IMG/VR virus record: IMGVR_UViG_3300032268_000293
Coordinates: 1 to 64,000 of that record
Length of the DNA: 64,000 bases
Strand: one strand, 5' to 3'
From: a virus
Made by a program: the position numbers and the translations under genes. The stretch's first letter is position 1, and every line of letters starts with the position of its first letter. This document shows positions 1-8,692 of this stretch, piece by piece. The notes below the pieces were generated by a model, which was given only the letters and a program-made list of their open reading frames with translations, did no database searches and had not been told where the DNA came from.

Positions 1-1626
1 AGTCCTAATTTATTAACTGGAATGACTGGAACACAAGCGTATGCTATCAACCAAGCATTAGCAAATGTAGGTGCTGGTGCGATGATACATGGATTTAATT
101 ATGGATATGACTACAGCGTAGCTGGAAGACAATGTGCTATATGGGATCTATTTGGTTTTTGCTTGTCGGGATGGAACTATTCAGACGCAGGAGTTGCCAC
201 TGTTATCACAGATAGTAATAATGCTACTATCTACAGTTCATCTAATACGCACAATGGTGGTAATAATGGAACTTTTGGAACATACAGTAAACAATTTAGA
301 TTTGGAACTTCCAGACAAATAACTACACTTGGTGGCTTTGCTATGGCACCATGGACTAGTGGGAATGCCAGCATAACAAATATGTATAGCAATGCGGTAT
401 ATACAGCAGATCCTTGTTTAGATCCTCTATCTTCACCATCATGTCCAGGTTATACTGCAGCATATTTTACTCAACAGTGTACTGCTAATCCTCTGTATAA
501 TTCTACATGTCCTGGATACGCACAAGCATATTTTACTCAACAATGTACTGTTAATGCAATGTTTGATCCTGCATGTCCTGGATACGCATCAGCATATCTA
601 ACATATCAATGTTCAATCAATCCACTGTTTAGTACTACTTGTGCTGGATACGCACAAGCATATCATGATCAACAGTGTTCTATAAATCCTTTACATGCCA
701 CTACTTGCACTGGATATGCTTCAGCCTATCATAATCAACAGTGTACTGCTAATCCTCTTTACTCTACAACTTGTTCTGGTTATGCTGAAGCATATAAAGC
801 ACAACAATGTTCATTAGATGGATTATACGACAGAACATGCCCAAACTATTCAACTGCTTATGCAACTAAAATGTTACTTGAACAACAAGGCACAGCAGGA
901 ACAGTAGCAACTGCAGGTACAGTGGCACGAAACGATCCTGCCAATCAACCTGTTTCTACAACAACTGCTTCAGCTACAGTTGGTTCAGATGGTGCAGTTT
1001 CTGTTGGGGTTTCTAAAACAGGTGATTCTAATGTGGACAAAGCAATTGCTTCTCCATCACCAACTACAAATTCTTCTGCAGCACCAACTGCTCCAGTTCA
1101 GTTAGCACCACCTCCACCTGCTCCACAACAACAAATGGCTCAGAATGAACCAAAGGGTGGTGGCGATAAACCTGAACCAAGAGGTGGAAATAAACAAGAG
1201 GATAAAAAAGATGATGCTCCGAAAGGCACTGGAGGCAGTTCTCCGTCACAAAATACTAATACTGCTCAAGCGTCATCTGATAAACCAGCAGCACCAACTG
1301 TCCGTCAAGCACTCCAAGAACGAAGAGAAGCTGCAGCAAGAGCAGAAGCAGTAGAAAAAGGTAAAAACCTTGCAAATGAAATGGGTAAAGTTGCTGACAT
1401 GGAATCACAGAAACAAGTTCAAAATGTTGTGATTCAAGCAATGGGATTTACACCTGGTTTTGATTCATATGGTAAGACAATGTTACCAGATGTTGCTGGG
1501 TATAAACCATTCACAGTTTATAACAATCAAAGAAATATTGATAATCGTGCCAACCTAAGAATGTTTGGTGGTACTGATAGATTGCATAATGAAATGGTAG
1601 ATTCTCAATACAACAAAGGAAAGTAA
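1..1626 (+). CDS. Cys-rich repeat protein, 5'-truncated; putative virion or envelope protein
   Basis: Frame is open from base 1; seven ~22-aa C-x-x-NPL-x4-C-x-GY-x-x-AY-x3-Q repeats, then a Pro/Ala-rich linker and charged C-terminal region. Confidence 0.6.
   Translation, partial: SPNLLTGMTGTQAYAINQALANVGAGAMIHGFNYGYDYSVAGRQCAIWDLFGFCLSGWNYSDAGVATVITDSNNATIYSSSNTHNGGNNGTFGTYSKQFRFGTSRQITTLGGFAMAPWTSGNASITNMYSNAVYTADPCLDPLSSPSCPGYTAAYFTQQCTANPLYNSTCPGYAQAYFTQQCTVNAMFDPACPGYASAYLTYQCSINPLFSTTCAGYAQAYHDQQCSINPLHATTCTGYASAYHNQQCTANPLYSTTCSGYAEAYKAQQCSLDGLYDRTCPNYSTAYATKMLLEQQGTAGTVATAGTVARNDPANQPVSTTTASATVGSDGAVSVGVSKTGDSNVDKAIASPSPTTNSSAAPTAPVQLAPPPPAPQQQMAQNEPKGGGDKPEPRGGNKQEDKKDDAPKGTGGSSPSQNTNTAQASSDKPAAPTVRQALQERREAAARAEAVEKGKNLANEMGKVADMESQKQVQNVVIQAMGFTPGFDSYGKTMLPDVAGYKPFTVYNNQRNIDNRANLRMFGGTDRLHNEMVDSQYNKGK
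415..864 (+). repeat. Seven tandem ~66-bp coding repeats (two Cys each)
   Basis: CLDPLSSPSCPGYTAAYFTQQ / CTANPLYNSTCPGYAQAYFTQQ / CTVNAMFDPACPGYASAYLTYQ and four more. Confidence 0.85.
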
Positions 1627-1627
1627 A

Positions 1628-2137
1628 ATGACAGAAGAAATCAAAGATGTCAATAAAAAAATAGATGAAGCGGAAGCAGCAGTAAAAAAGTATGCCAGTA
1701 AAGATACTGTTATCAGTATCGGTGGTTATGAATTTACACCAGCAAAATTAATGGTCGCATTCACAATTGTATCTTCAGTTCTTGGTGGTCTATATGGGAC
1801 ATTCGAAGTTTATAAAGACTATCAGGGTATGAAGAAAAAGATTGCAGAATATGTGTCACCAGATCTAACTGAAATTTACAAGAAGTTAGAGTTGGTTCAG
1901 CAAAGTTCAGAAAAGTCTGTTCAGTATACTCAAGATATCAAGAATGATCTTAAAGCAGACATCCGTCGTCTAGAAGGTGTTGTTGATTCTGTTGAAAGAA
2001 CAGCCAAGCAATCGCAACGTGAGACTGAAGTAGATCTTCGCAACATGAAGAAAGAAAACGAACAATCTCTGAAGCAGCTAAATAAGGACGTAGATGTTCG
2101 TATTCAGCGAGCATTGGATAACCCTTTAGCAAAATAA
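1628..2137 (+). CDS. Single-TM coiled-coil membrane protein
   Basis: TM segment LMVAFTIVSSVLGGLYGTF followed by heptad-rich region. Confidence 0.65.
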   Translation: MTEEIKDVNKKIDEAEAAVKKYASKDTVISIGGYEFTPAKLMVAFTIVSSVLGGLYGTFEVYKDYQGMKKKIAEYVSPDLTEIYKKLELVQQSSEKSVQYTQDIKNDLKADIRRLEGVVDSVERTAKQSQRETEVDLRNMKKENEQSLKQLNKDVDVRIQRALDNPLAK

Positions 2138-2156
2138 TTATTAGAAAGCTGAGGTA

Positions 2157-2435
2157 ATGTTGAACGATAAAAAATTATTTAAATGGCTCGGTATATTAAT
2201 TCTGTTACCATTAGCATTAGCGTATTTTGGTGGTGACAGATTCCGCTATCCGTGCCAAGATCCCAAGAACTGGGATAAAGAGTTTTGTCAAAAACCATTA
2301 TGTGATGTGACTAGAACATGTCCAGAGCATATTTTTAAGGGACAACGAGATCCCAGATTAGGACCACCTGATGAAAAAGCTGCTGCTGCGCCTCAAAAAC
2401 CTGTTACACAAGGAGCAACAAACTGTGGAAAATAA
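2157..2435 (+). CDS. Small exported Cys-rich protein
   Basis: N-terminal hydrophobic segment; four Cys in RYPCQDP...CQKPLCDVTRTCPE; SD GAGG. Confidence 0.6.
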   Translation: MLNDKKLFKWLGILILLPLALAYFGGDRFRYPCQDPKNWDKEFCQKPLCDVTRTCPEHIFKGQRDPRLGPPDEKAAAAPQKPVTQGATNCGK

Positions 2436-2910
2436 CCAAGAATTTATGTATACAGAAGAGCAGTTAATGGCTCGTTTAAGATTCTTTATTGGAATCTGTT
2501 TAGCATTAACATTAACAGGAATTGTTTTCGTTGTTCTTTACTCAATTATTTTTGTAACACAACCACTTAACGCAATTTCTCCAATCGATCAGAAATTTTT
2601 TGAGTTGATCATTCCTATCGCAACATTCCTAACAGGCACGTTGTCTGGTATTATGTTAGCTGGTAATGACAAAGACGCAAAGATGAAAGCATTAGACATG
2701 GCTTCTGGTGTTAACAAACCAACACCATTATCGCCAACACCTAGTCCGATGATGACTAGACCAGCAATGCCACCATCACCAATGCCAATGACAATGAACC
2801 CAACGCCAATGGCATACCCAGATCCAATCGAGCCAGTAATGGTTCCTCCAAGTGTCGCAGTTCCACCAAGAGTTGCAGTTCCACCAATTATTAAAAAACC
2901 AGGAGAATAA
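2425..2910 (+). CDS. Two-TM membrane protein, holin candidate
   Basis: Two TM helices and a Pro-rich tail; directly upstream of the endolysin; GTG start at 2425 after AGGAG. Confidence 0.5.
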   Translation: MENNQEFMYTEEQLMARLRFFIGICLALTLTGIVFVVLYSIIFVTQPLNAISPIDQKFFELIIPIATFLTGTLSGIMLAGNDKDAKMKALDMASGVNKPTPLSPTPSPMMTRPAMPPSPMPMTMNPTPMAYPDPIEPVMVPPSVAVPPRVAVPPIIKKPGE

Positions 2911-2912
2911 CA

Positions 2913-3542
2913 ATGTCCTTTGAATTTGAATTTACATCTCAGAAATTGTCACATATCATTCCAAATGCAGCATATGGTGTTGATGTTTGGTTTAACGAAT
3001 TAAGCGAATTACTTCCAGTATTCGAAATAACAACAGTCGGTAGAGTCGCAGCATTCATTGCTCAAACTGCGCATGAGTCTGGTGGTTATCGTGTTCTGAA
3101 AGAGAATCTAAACTACTCAGCTGATGGTTTGAATAAGATTTTCCCAAAATACTTTGGAGCAAATCGCGACGCTAATCAATATGCTCGTCAACCAGAAAAA
3201 ATTGCCAACGTAGTTTATGGTGGTCGTATGGGTAATGGTGATGAAGCATCTGGCGATGGCTTCCGTTACTGTGGTCGTGGTTTGATTCAGTTAACTGGTA
3301 AAAACAATTATGTTAATTTCGCAAACTACGCTGGTATTTCTCCAGAAGACGCAGCTGAATATTTAGAAACACCACGTGGCGCAGTTCATTCTGGATGCTG
3401 GTTCTGGTATGCAAATGATCTAAACACATTTGCTGACGCAGGCGATTTTGTTGGAATGACTAAGAGAATTAATGGTGGTACGATTGGTCTTGATGATCGT
3501 ATCAAGCACTATAACGAAGCAGTTCACATTTTTGGAGCATAA
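2913..3542 (+). CDS. Glycoside hydrolase family 19 endolysin
   Basis: AAFIAQTAHESGG, ENLNYS, YCGRGLIQLTGKNNY, TKRINGG motifs. Confidence 0.92.
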   Translation: MSFEFEFTSQKLSHIIPNAAYGVDVWFNELSELLPVFEITTVGRVAAFIAQTAHESGGYRVLKENLNYSADGLNKIFPKYFGANRDANQYARQPEKIANVVYGGRMGNGDEASGDGFRYCGRGLIQLTGKNNYVNFANYAGISPEDAAEYLETPRGAVHSGCWFWYANDLNTFADAGDFVGMTKRINGGTIGLDDRIKHYNEAVHIFGA

Positions 3543-3543
3543 G

Positions 3544-3777
3544 ATGAAATACTTACTAAGTTTTTTTGTTGCATTTTCATTCGTTCTTCCAGCATATTCT
3601 GCAGACAAACCTGCCCCAAAGATTGATTGCTCTCAGAAAAAGAATGCTAGTAAAATTGAATGTAAAGAACCACCAAAATCTGATGTAAAACCACAGATTA
3701 AGAAACCAGAAAAAGTAGATCGTAAAGCTCCAGCTGCTACACAGAAAAAAGCAGCTGAAGAAAACGCTAAGAAATGA
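3544..3777 (+). CDS. Small secreted Lys-rich protein
   Basis: Signal peptide MKYLLSFFVAFSFVLPAYSA. Confidence 0.55.
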   Translation: MKYLLSFFVAFSFVLPAYSADKPAPKIDCSQKKNASKIECKEPPKSDVKPQIKKPEKVDRKAPAATQKKAAEENAKK

Positions 3778-3846
3778 TTTTCGATTTCTACGTTATGTTA
3801 TTTCTTGAATTATACTTTTTACCGTATAGAATTATGGGCAGTATGC

Positions 3847-4020
3847 CTACCATGAACCATCATCAATAACTAAGTGAAGACCGAAAAACAAAAGATTTAT
3901 TTTTAAAGTCCAAGTTTTCGGTCCACTTATTTCATCTTTACCATACTCTAATCCCAATCTCCAATGAAAGGGATTTGCAGTAATAGTGATAAACAATCCA
4001 GAATATTTTAACCAATTCAT
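3847..4020 (-). CDS. Hypothetical protein, 57 aa (not in ORF track)
   Basis: MNWLKYSGLFITITANPFHW...HLVIDDGSW; follows the upstream stop codon, with SD GAGGAG. Confidence 0.6.
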   Translation of the reverse strand: MNWLKYSGLFITITANPFHWRLGLEYGKDEISGPKTWTLKINLLFFGLHLVIDDGSW

Positions 4021-4022
4021 AA

Positions 4023-4268
4023 TTACTCCTCTAATGGAACTTCATCAAACTTTTTTTCCTGAATAGTTTTTTCTTTCCAAATCTTTCTAGGATTACCGCA
4101 CATTATACAGTGTGGCTGACCACAATCCATTGCGTGATGCTTAGCATATTTGTGTGGTTCTTTTACTTCGACACCATGCGCCTTCGCAATTTTAACTTGC
4201 CTTTTAACAGCAGTTTTTTTGCTATGAATACGCTTAGAATGTTGTTCTTTAGTTTGGGTATCACTCAT
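4023..4268 (-). CDS. Hypothetical basic protein, possible Zn-binding
   Basis: HHAMDCGQPHCIMCGNPR; translationally coupled to clpP. Confidence 0.65.
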   Translation of the reverse strand: MSDTQTKEQHSKRIHSKKTAVKRQVKIAKAHGVEVKEPHKYAKHHAMDCGQPHCIMCGNPRKIWKEKTIQEKKFDEVPLEE

Positions 4269-4825
4269 TAGTATAGATCCTTTACAATATCACAGAGTCC
4301 GAGTTTTTTTGCTTCTGCTGCAGCAAGCCAGACATCTTGTGGTGGTAGAAGTTTGTCTCTAATTGTTTCTTCGTCTAATCCTGTGCACTTCTTATAATGC
4401 GATATTAACCTTTTGGTCACTAAATCAAATTCTTTAACTTGCGCAAAGAGTTCATGTTCTTTACCAAAAGAACCCCATGAGTATTGATGCGAAAGGATAG
4501 AAGTGTTTGGCGTAAGAACACGTTGTCCTTTCTCTCCTGCAATGAACATGAGCAGACCAGCCGAAGCGATCTGCCCAAGTCCGATAGTTCTAACAGGAAT
4601 ATGGCTACCTTTAATTGTATCAATAACAGCAAACGCTGCATTTAAATCACCACCTGGAGAACAGATGATTAGATTTAAAACATCAAAATTTTCTTCAGAA
4701 AAATTACAATGAAATATCCACTCAACAACATTTTTACAAGAGGAAGTGGATACCTCATCCATAAACAAAAGGAAGTTTTGATTTGAATCACTAGAATCTA
4801 GTTTGATATTTAGTTTGTCTAGCAT
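4268..4825 (-). CDS. clpP: ClpP-family protease
   Basis: ICSPGG, GQIASAG (catalytic Ser), ILSHQ (His), EAKKLGLCD; start adjusted to 4825. Confidence 0.88.
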   Translation of the reverse strand: MLDKLNIKLDSSDSNQNFLLFMDEVSTSSCKNVVEWIFHCNFSEENFDVLNLIICSPGGDLNAAFAVIDTIKGSHIPVRTIGLGQIASAGLLMFIAGEKGQRVLTPNTSILSHQYSWGSFGKEHELFAQVKEFDLVTKRLISHYKKCTGLDEETIRDKLLPPQDVWLAAAEAKKLGLCDIVKDLY

Positions 4826-5348
4826 AGGTATATTCCTCTTTTGGTTTATAAAATATATGACGACCAATTGTTGTGGTCTTGTCGAGTTTCCAACGAGGGT
4901 TTACATAATCTGCGTGATAATATAAAGCACCTTTAGATGGATCCTCAATCACTCCATGGTTAAAATAAACATAGAGTGCTAATTCTCTCGCCTCATTGTA
5001 TATAGCAGGGTTTGGTTTTCTCTGCACAGATCCATCACATAACCATGTAAATTGACATACACCTTGTGTCTTTTGAGTCACAACACCACAGATTGAGGAA
5101 TCAAACTTCTGTGATTTGACACGATTAATTGTAACAGCAGCAACTGCTATTCTTCCTTCTTTTGGTTCATATCCTGCTTCGTAATATATGTTATCAGCAA
5201 GACAATCAACTTCTTTTTTTTCTTTTGTGTTTAAAAACTCGTAAGGAACATTAACAATACTTGACGCTAACATTTTCCCATGAGCAGTAGTAAACAAGTA
5301 AGCAAAAATAACAACGATAATTAACAGAACAGTTGTTATAAACTTCAT
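4791..5348 (-). CDS. Cell wall hydrolase, SleB/Hydrolase_2 family
   Basis: CLADNIYYEA, VTINRV, CQFTW, GALYYHADYVNPRW, IGRHIFY; N-terminal TM. Confidence 0.9.
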   Translation of the reverse strand: MKFITTVLLIIVVIFAYLFTTAHGKMLASSIVNVPYEFLNTKEKKEVDCLADNIYYEAGYEPKEGRIAVAAVTINRVKSQKFDSSICGVVTQKTQGVCQFTWLCDGSVQRKPNPAIYNEARELALYVYFNHGVIEDPSKGALYYHADYVNPRWKLDKTTTIGRHIFYKPKEEYTYARQTKYQTRF

Positions 5349-5411
5349 TCTATCTCCTTAATTAGTTAAAGAAGGCACAAACAACTTGTGCGTGCGCCTT
5401 CCAATCCCATA

Positions 5412-5693
5412 TCAGGTGGACTTCTTGATAGTAGTCTTTTCTTGTGTAGTTTGGGGGATTTGACTTACGAATCCGTTTAATGCATTTGCTTTCGCAATGA
5501 TTTCAGATTCGTTTGGATATGACGGGAATCCTGGATGTTCAGGAATCATGCCACCATTGAGTTTAGCAACCTCGACTTTAGTTGACCAATCGTTGCTAAC
5601 CACTTCACGCTTACCATAATACTCTTCAGTAAGCATATCTTTCGCCATTTTTAAAAGTTCGAGGCGAATCTCGAACGGAGTCATATTTGACAT
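5412..5693 (-). CDS. Hypothetical phage protein
   Basis: TPFEIRLELLKMAKDML...IIAKANALNGFVS; late promoter upstream. Confidence 0.7.
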   Translation of the reverse strand: MSNMTPFEIRLELLKMAKDMLTEEYYGKREVVSNDWSTKVEVAKLNGGMIPEHPGFPSYPNESEIIAKANALNGFVSQIPQTTQEKTTIKKST

Positions 5694-5756
5694 AGTAATT
5701 ACCTTTCTGTGTTGTGTGTGAAAAATTCAAATTTGTGTGTTCATAATATATACACT

Positions 5757-5764
5757 TATTTATA
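5757..5764 (-). promoter_or_regulatory. T4-type late promoter TATAAATA
   Basis: Exact match ~65 nt upstream of the 5693 start. Confidence 0.6.
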
Positions 5765-5766
5765 AT

Positions 5767-6050
5767 GGTTGGTTATTCTGTTACGAGGAAACCAACCGAA
5801 ACCCTAGTCAGCTATTAAGCTGCCAATGCGTAACTTTCGTCATTTGCATTTACTTTATTTGCTTGATTTACGGTCATCGCCTACCGTGTTGCCGTCTCTA
5901 CTATCTAGCCCTGTCGAAACCAATGCATCCCCATCAAAAACGCACTACAAGGTTGCCCATTATTAAGAGGGGTGTAGTGCCCTTTTGGTGGAGATGGGGA
6001 GAGTCGAACTCCCGTCCAGAACTCCTTCGCTTTGAAGGGATTACAACAAT
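5767..6050 (-). ncRNA. ssrA: Circularly permuted (two-piece) tmRNA
   Basis: Acceptor piece ends GGAGTTCGACTCTCCCCATCTCCACCA (CCA at 5986). After a 53-nt spacer the coding piece starts GGGGATG (5932), pairing with CATCTCC including G3:U. Tag frame ANDESYALAA-stop at 5847-5815. Confidence 0.92.
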
Positions 6051-6051
6051 T

Positions 6052-6168
6052 CTAAAAATCTGAATTCTTTTTATCTTCTTCGAAATTACTCCAGTCGTAT
6101 GTTACCAGCTTATACACCCAGTAAACATGTAGAACAATAATCAGCAGAAAAAGAATTAGATTAGACAT
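6052..6168 (-). CDS. Small membrane protein, 38 aa (not in ORF track)
   Basis: MSNLILFLLIIVLHVYWVYKLVTYDWSNFEEDKKNSDF, immediately after the ahpD stop. Confidence 0.45.
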   Translation of the reverse strand: MSNLILFLLIIVLHVYWVYKLVTYDWSNFEEDKKNSDF

Positions 6169-6672
6169 TTAACTATTTAGCACTTTGGCGACGCTGTTCA
6201 TTACCGAAGCAATGCGTCCAATGTCACGAAGTTGTTCAACAGTATAACCTTCTTTCTTCAATGTTTCGTAGTGCGCTTTTACGCAAAAGTGACACTTGCC
6301 AACAATAGAAGCAGCAAGAGAATACGATTCGAATCTTGCTTTAGTTGTACCACCATGTGTAGTAATAGCATTCATACGAAGTTGAGCAGGCAATCCTTTT
6401 AGATTTGGATCATCAGCCATTTCAACATATGGATACCAAACATTATTTTGTGCCATAATACTCGCAGCACACATAGCAGCATTCGCTTCAGCTGGCGCAT
6501 CTGCCAGCAAAACAGAAAGAACTTTACCATTGCCAGTTGCCGCAAGAGCAGCAACTGCGCAACCATATGCCTCATCTGTTGGTAATGTGCTACGATTAAG
6601 GACTGCGTCAAGGTTTAGTTTCGTATCTTTCGCATACTCGGGAAGAGCTTCTTTAATCGCATCAATAAACAT
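6169..6672 (-). CDS. ahpD: Alkyl hydroperoxide reductase AhpD
   Basis: LPEYAKDTKLNL, MAQNNVWY, SIVGKCHFCVKAH (CxxC plus His). Confidence 0.92.
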   Translation of the reverse strand: MFIDAIKEALPEYAKDTKLNLDAVLNRSTLPTDEAYGCAVAALAATGNGKVLSVLLADAPAEANAAMCAASIMAQNNVWYPYVEMADDPNLKGLPAQLRMNAITTHGGTTKARFESYSLAASIVGKCHFCVKAHYETLKKEGYTVEQLRDIGRIASVMNSVAKVLNS

Positions 6673-7217
6673 TATAGAGTCTCTCCACCAACTTGACGAT
6701 TACATGCGCACTTCTCACCAGTTTGAAGAGCATCAAGGATACGTAAAGTTTCCTCAGGTGAACGACCTACGTTTAGATTATTTACTGTGACATGCTGAAT
6801 CACATTATCTGGATCAACAATAAATGTAGCACGAAGTGCTGCACCTGCAGGTGCATAGAATACACCCAGTTGATCGATCAAAGAAACGTCATAATCGCGA
6901 GAAGTATCAGCAAACTGAATGTGCTTCAAATTTTTTAAATCATCATGAGAAGTTTGCCATGCTACTTTACAGAACTCGTTATCTGTAGAACCAGTCAAAA
7001 GAACTGCGTCACGATCTGCGAAATCTTGGAACAACTTATCATAAGCCACAATCTCAGTAGGACACACAAATGTAAAGTCCTTTGGATAATATACGATTAC
7101 TTTCCACTTTCCTGGAAACGATTCTTCCGTAATTGTAAAAAATTGTTCACCTTTACTGCTAATAGGATTGACACCTGTAATAGCAAATCCTTCTAATTTA
7201 TCGCCAACTGTTCTCAT
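6672..7217 (-). CDS. ahpC: Peroxiredoxin AhpC
   Basis: YPKDFTFVCPTEI, RATFIVDPD, GRSPEETLRILDALQ. Confidence 0.95.
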   Translation of the reverse strand: MRTVGDKLEGFAITGVNPISSKGEQFFTITEESFPGKWKVIVYYPKDFTFVCPTEIVAYDKLFQDFADRDAVLLTGSTDNEFCKVAWQTSHDDLKNLKHIQFADTSRDYDVSLIDQLGVFYAPAGAALRATFIVDPDNVIQHVTVNNLNVGRSPEETLRILDALQTGEKCACNRQVGGETL

Positions 7218-7270
7218 TTAAATCTCCTGTGTTTCAAAAAAATAAAGAGGTTTTTCAACCCCATGTATAT

Positions 7271-7299
7271 ATTTTATAATAGTTTTTATTAAATGTCAA
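7271..7299 (-). promoter_or_regulatory. Sigma70-type promoter for ahpCD
   Basis: TTGACA-17 nt-TAAAAT. Confidence 0.6.
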
Positions 7300-7328
7300 C
7301 CATTTTTTCATTGTATTTTTTTATGGTG

Positions 7329-7979
7329 TCAATAACCTCTTTCAATAAAGAATTGATTACGTAGGTCAATAAAACTGTTGATCCATTGATTTCGTTTCTC
7401 GTGAAATATCAATGGTGGTTCGTTATCAACAGACATTAGAATAACAATATTCGGAATAGAAATACCTGTTCGTTCTTCGAATGCTACTGCATAAGCAGAG
7501 CATTGCATAAAATAGTTATGAATGTCATCGCGACGCTTAACTCTACTTGATGTTTTAAAATCTATGACAGCAAGTTTACCTTCGTACTCTGCGATGCAGT
7601 CAACTGTTCCTGCGACTTGTAGGTGGTCAGAATAGAGTGGAGTTTCAAGGCAGTGTATGTTGTTGACTTTTGTGAGGACTGGTTTGAATGAAGACCAAGT
7701 CTCTGCATCAAATATATCTGGCTCAACATGCTCATTATTAAGATAGGATTCGCAGAGTGAGTGGATTCTTGTTCCACGATTTGCTGCTCTGGTTGATATG
7801 CGGTTGGCTTCTGCTTCTCCGACTCGTTTTCTCCAAGCGATGATTGCTTCTTTGCCAAGCAATCCTGTGACGCTTGTAACGGAGGGATAGCGTTTACCCG
7901 AAGGTGTCTCGTAGAGTCTACCTTCGGGAGTCTCAACACGTTGTATTCGCTGTATATCATGATGTATATGTGTAAACAT
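7329..7979 (-). CDS. PD-(D/E)XK exonuclease of T4-like phages
   Basis: YPSVTSV, RGTRIH, AGTVDCI, IDFKTS, YFMQCSAYA. Confidence 0.85.
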   Translation of the reverse strand: MFTHIHHDIQRIQRVETPEGRLYETPSGKRYPSVTSVTGLLGKEAIIAWRKRVGEAEANRISTRAANRGTRIHSLCESYLNNEHVEPDIFDAETWSSFKPVLTKVNNIHCLETPLYSDHLQVAGTVDCIAEYEGKLAVIDFKTSSRVKRRDDIHNYFMQCSAYAVAFEERTGISIPNIVILMSVDNEPPLIFHEKRNQWINSFIDLRNQFFIERGY

Positions 7980-8692
7980 TATTTCCAGTATTTAGAATAA
8001 TCTAATTTGTTCCAATATTCAGTATTGTTTCTGTTCAAAAAATTTTTAATAAGATACCAAGCCATTCCCGTATATCCCATCTTTTGAAATCTTCTACTAT
8101 CTTGCCCAAAATAATGATTCACTAATTTGAATTTCTTAACATCATATTTTTTTGATAAAAAGAAATCCTCACTAGTTCCATATTTTGCAGGGAATCCACC
8201 ATACTCCTCAAATTTATCTCTTCGTGTGAGCATGTATGCGCCAACAGCAAAAGGAACCCAGTATCCCATTATTCTGTTAATTCCATTAAAAATCATAAAT
8301 CCAATTTGTGCTCTAATATCACCATCATAACATTTGGCGTACAATCCAACCAAATCAAGATCATTATACTCCAACTCTCTAATAGTGTCAATTATAACTG
8401 TGTCTTTAAAAAATCTTACATCACTATCAATGAACAGAATATATGGTGTAGTTACAATTTTCGCACCATTATTTTTTGCGATAGAAACTGGTCCACCCCC
8501 AATAACTTCAACATTCAAATCACCTTTGCTCTCTTCAATAACATGTTTTGTGTTATCCGTAGAGGCATCTGCAATAATAATGCGAGTGTTACCAATATTC
8601 TGTTTCTTTAGGTGTTCGAGTAAATGAGAGATATAATTCTCTTCATTCTTACATGGAACAACTATTGTTATTTTATCCCTCAACAACATCAT
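7979..8692 (-). CDS. Glycosyltransferase family 2
   Basis: IVVPCKNEE, DASTD, LFIDSD (DxD), EDFFLS. Confidence 0.9.
   Translation of the reverse strand: MMLLRDKITIVVPCKNEENYISHLLEHLKKQNIGNTRIIIADASTDNTKHVIEESKGDLNVEVIGGGPVSIAKNNGAKIVTTPYILFIDSDVRFFKDTVIIDTIRELEYNDLDLVGLYAKCYDGDIRAQIGFMIFNGINRIMGYWVPFAVGAYMLTRRDKFEEYGGFPAKYGTSEDFFLSKKYDVKKFKLVNHYFGQDSRRFQKMGYTGMAWYLIKNFLNRNNTEYWNKLDYSKYWK

Noticed and set aside
5986-6050. Possible tRNA-Ala or attachment site
   Set aside because: There is no anticodon arm and the 5' acceptor strand lies downstream, so it is explained as the tmRNA acceptor piece; no integrase in the window
5737-6063. 108-aa plus-strand ORF
   Set aside because: It is the antisense shadow of the tmRNA gene; WWRWGESNSRP is a typical reverse translation of a T-arm and acceptor stem
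7562-7960. 132-aa alternate-frame ORF inside the exonuclease gene, with slightly raised GC
   Set aside because: No convincing SD and no recognisable protein features; may be a codon-usage artefact, though not excluded
7329-7979. Cas4/CRISPR system
   Set aside because: No Fe-S cysteine cluster, no other cas genes and no repeat-spacer array seen
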